A stretch of 64,000 nucleotides of DNA, taken from a virus (lineage: Duplodnaviria; Caudoviricetes). The number at the start of each line of letters is the position of its first letter. Within the stretch, counting starts at the first letter, position 1. Positions 63,325 through 64,000 of the stretch are shown piece by piece. The stretch spans positions 8,704 through 72,703 of the IMG/VR virus record IMGVR_UViG_3300032295_003392. The stretch is one strand, 5' to 3'. Made by a program: the position numbers and the translations under genes. The notes beneath the pieces were generated by a model that worked only from the letters and a program-made list of their open reading frames with translations, was not told the origin of the DNA and did not search any database.

Positions 63325-64000
63325 ATGATAAACATAAGCTTCGAAACTCATCCAGAAGAATATAAAAACTATTTGAAATCTTTGGAGTTCATAAAATCTA
63401 TCAATGATGAAGATTTCAATTATCCAAATGAGGTAACTTATTTCCATGTTTACACCGAAGTTAAAAATGAAAAGGAATTAGCTTGTATCAAATCATTTTT
63501 TGCTACTCAAAATTTAGATAAAACAAAATTAATTTTGTGGTCTGACTATGATATTTCGAACCAAGAAAATTTGATTCCATTCAAAAATCTGATTGACTTT
63601 AGAATTTATGACCCAATTGAAGAATCAAAGGGGACACCCATGGAGGGAAATTTTAATCATCTAAAAGCAACCGATTTCAAATATTATTTAAAATCAGATT
63701 TGCTAAGATTACTAGCTTTATATAATTATGGTGGTATATGGATAGATATGGATATCATTTTGCTAAGAGATTTCAAACCCCTTCTCGACCAAGAGTTTTT
63801 ATATCAATGGGGACATGAAACTGCTTTTGATAGTTATGGGTGTTGTGGTTCTGTATTATCTCTGAAAAGAAAAAGTAACTTATCGAGATTGTTTTTAGAA
63901 ATTCTACCCCATATGCCGGTGGTTGGTGATAATACATTTTGGGGGAAAGACCTTTTTGCACAGGCTTATAAACATTACAAATATACTATTTTTCCTTCTC
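63325..64000 (+). CDS. GT32 (DxD, mannosyl/galactosyltransferase-like), 3' truncated; not in the ORF track
   Basis: Open frame from ATG 63325 to the window end; SDLLRLLALYNYGGIWIDMDIILLRDF. Confidence 0.85.
   Translation, partial: MINISFETHPEEYKNYLKSLEFIKSINDEDFNYPNEVTYFHVYTEVKNEKELACIKSFFATQNLDKTKLILWSDYDISNQENLIPFKNLIDFRIYDPIEESKGTPMEGNFNHLKATDFKYYLKSDLLRLLALYNYGGIWIDMDIILLRDFKPLLDQEFLYQWGHETAFDSYGCCGSVLSLKRKSNLSRLFLEILPHMPVVGDNTFWGKDLFAQAYKHYKYTIFPS

Noticed and set aside
1584-63961. Many short ORF-track entries antisense or frameshifted within longer genes (e.g. 2272-2631, 14080-14313, 43267-43779, 43891-44460, 44608-45168, 63773-63961)
   Set aside because: They lie wholly within confidently assigned genes and show no motifs; they are shadow ORFs.
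1-64000. Stop-codon reassignment (as in some large phages)
   Set aside because: Standard-code ORFs tile the window, up to 2417 aa, and TAG serves as a real stop (e.g. gp46 at 9290-9292).
1-64000. CRISPR array, integrase, transposase, intron/intein or DGR
   Set aside because: No regularly spaced repeats, recombinase or RT motifs were seen, and UvsX and ClpC have normal lengths without insertions.
1-64000. Bacterial chromosome or eukaryotic giant virus as the source
   Set aside because: Ribosomal proteins are isolated rather than in operons; UvsX, gp46 and gp14-like genes, bacterial sigma and promoters, and giant orphans fit a bacteriophage.

Overview
AT-rich, gene-dense 64 kb segment of a large T4-like (jumbo/mega) dsDNA phage, read in the standard code, most likely infecting Bacteroidota. 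Phage evidence: UvsX/RecA, a gp46/SbcC ATPase, a RuvC-like resolvase, a gp14-like neck domain and very large orphan virion-type ORFs. Host evidence: seven bipartite TTTG-N19/20-TAnnTTTG promoters directly before genes. The window holds (i) small early ORFs with tRNA-Cys and tRNA-Arg; (ii) translation/transcription genes (bS21, four-domain bS1, GreA, ECF sigma, deoxyhypusine-synthase-like enzyme, aaRS catalytic-core paralog); (iii) a proteostasis set (DnaJ, ClpC lacking its N-domain, stand-alone UVR protein, M16 and M28-type peptidases, thioredoxin); (iv) minus-strand putative structural genes behind a TAATATATA motif; and (v) a glycan-synthesis island of at least 18.7 kb and about 22 genes that runs off the right edge. 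Three distinct promoter-like motifs and two recurring terminal peptide motifs are visible by eye. All family assignments come from motif recognition, not database searches.
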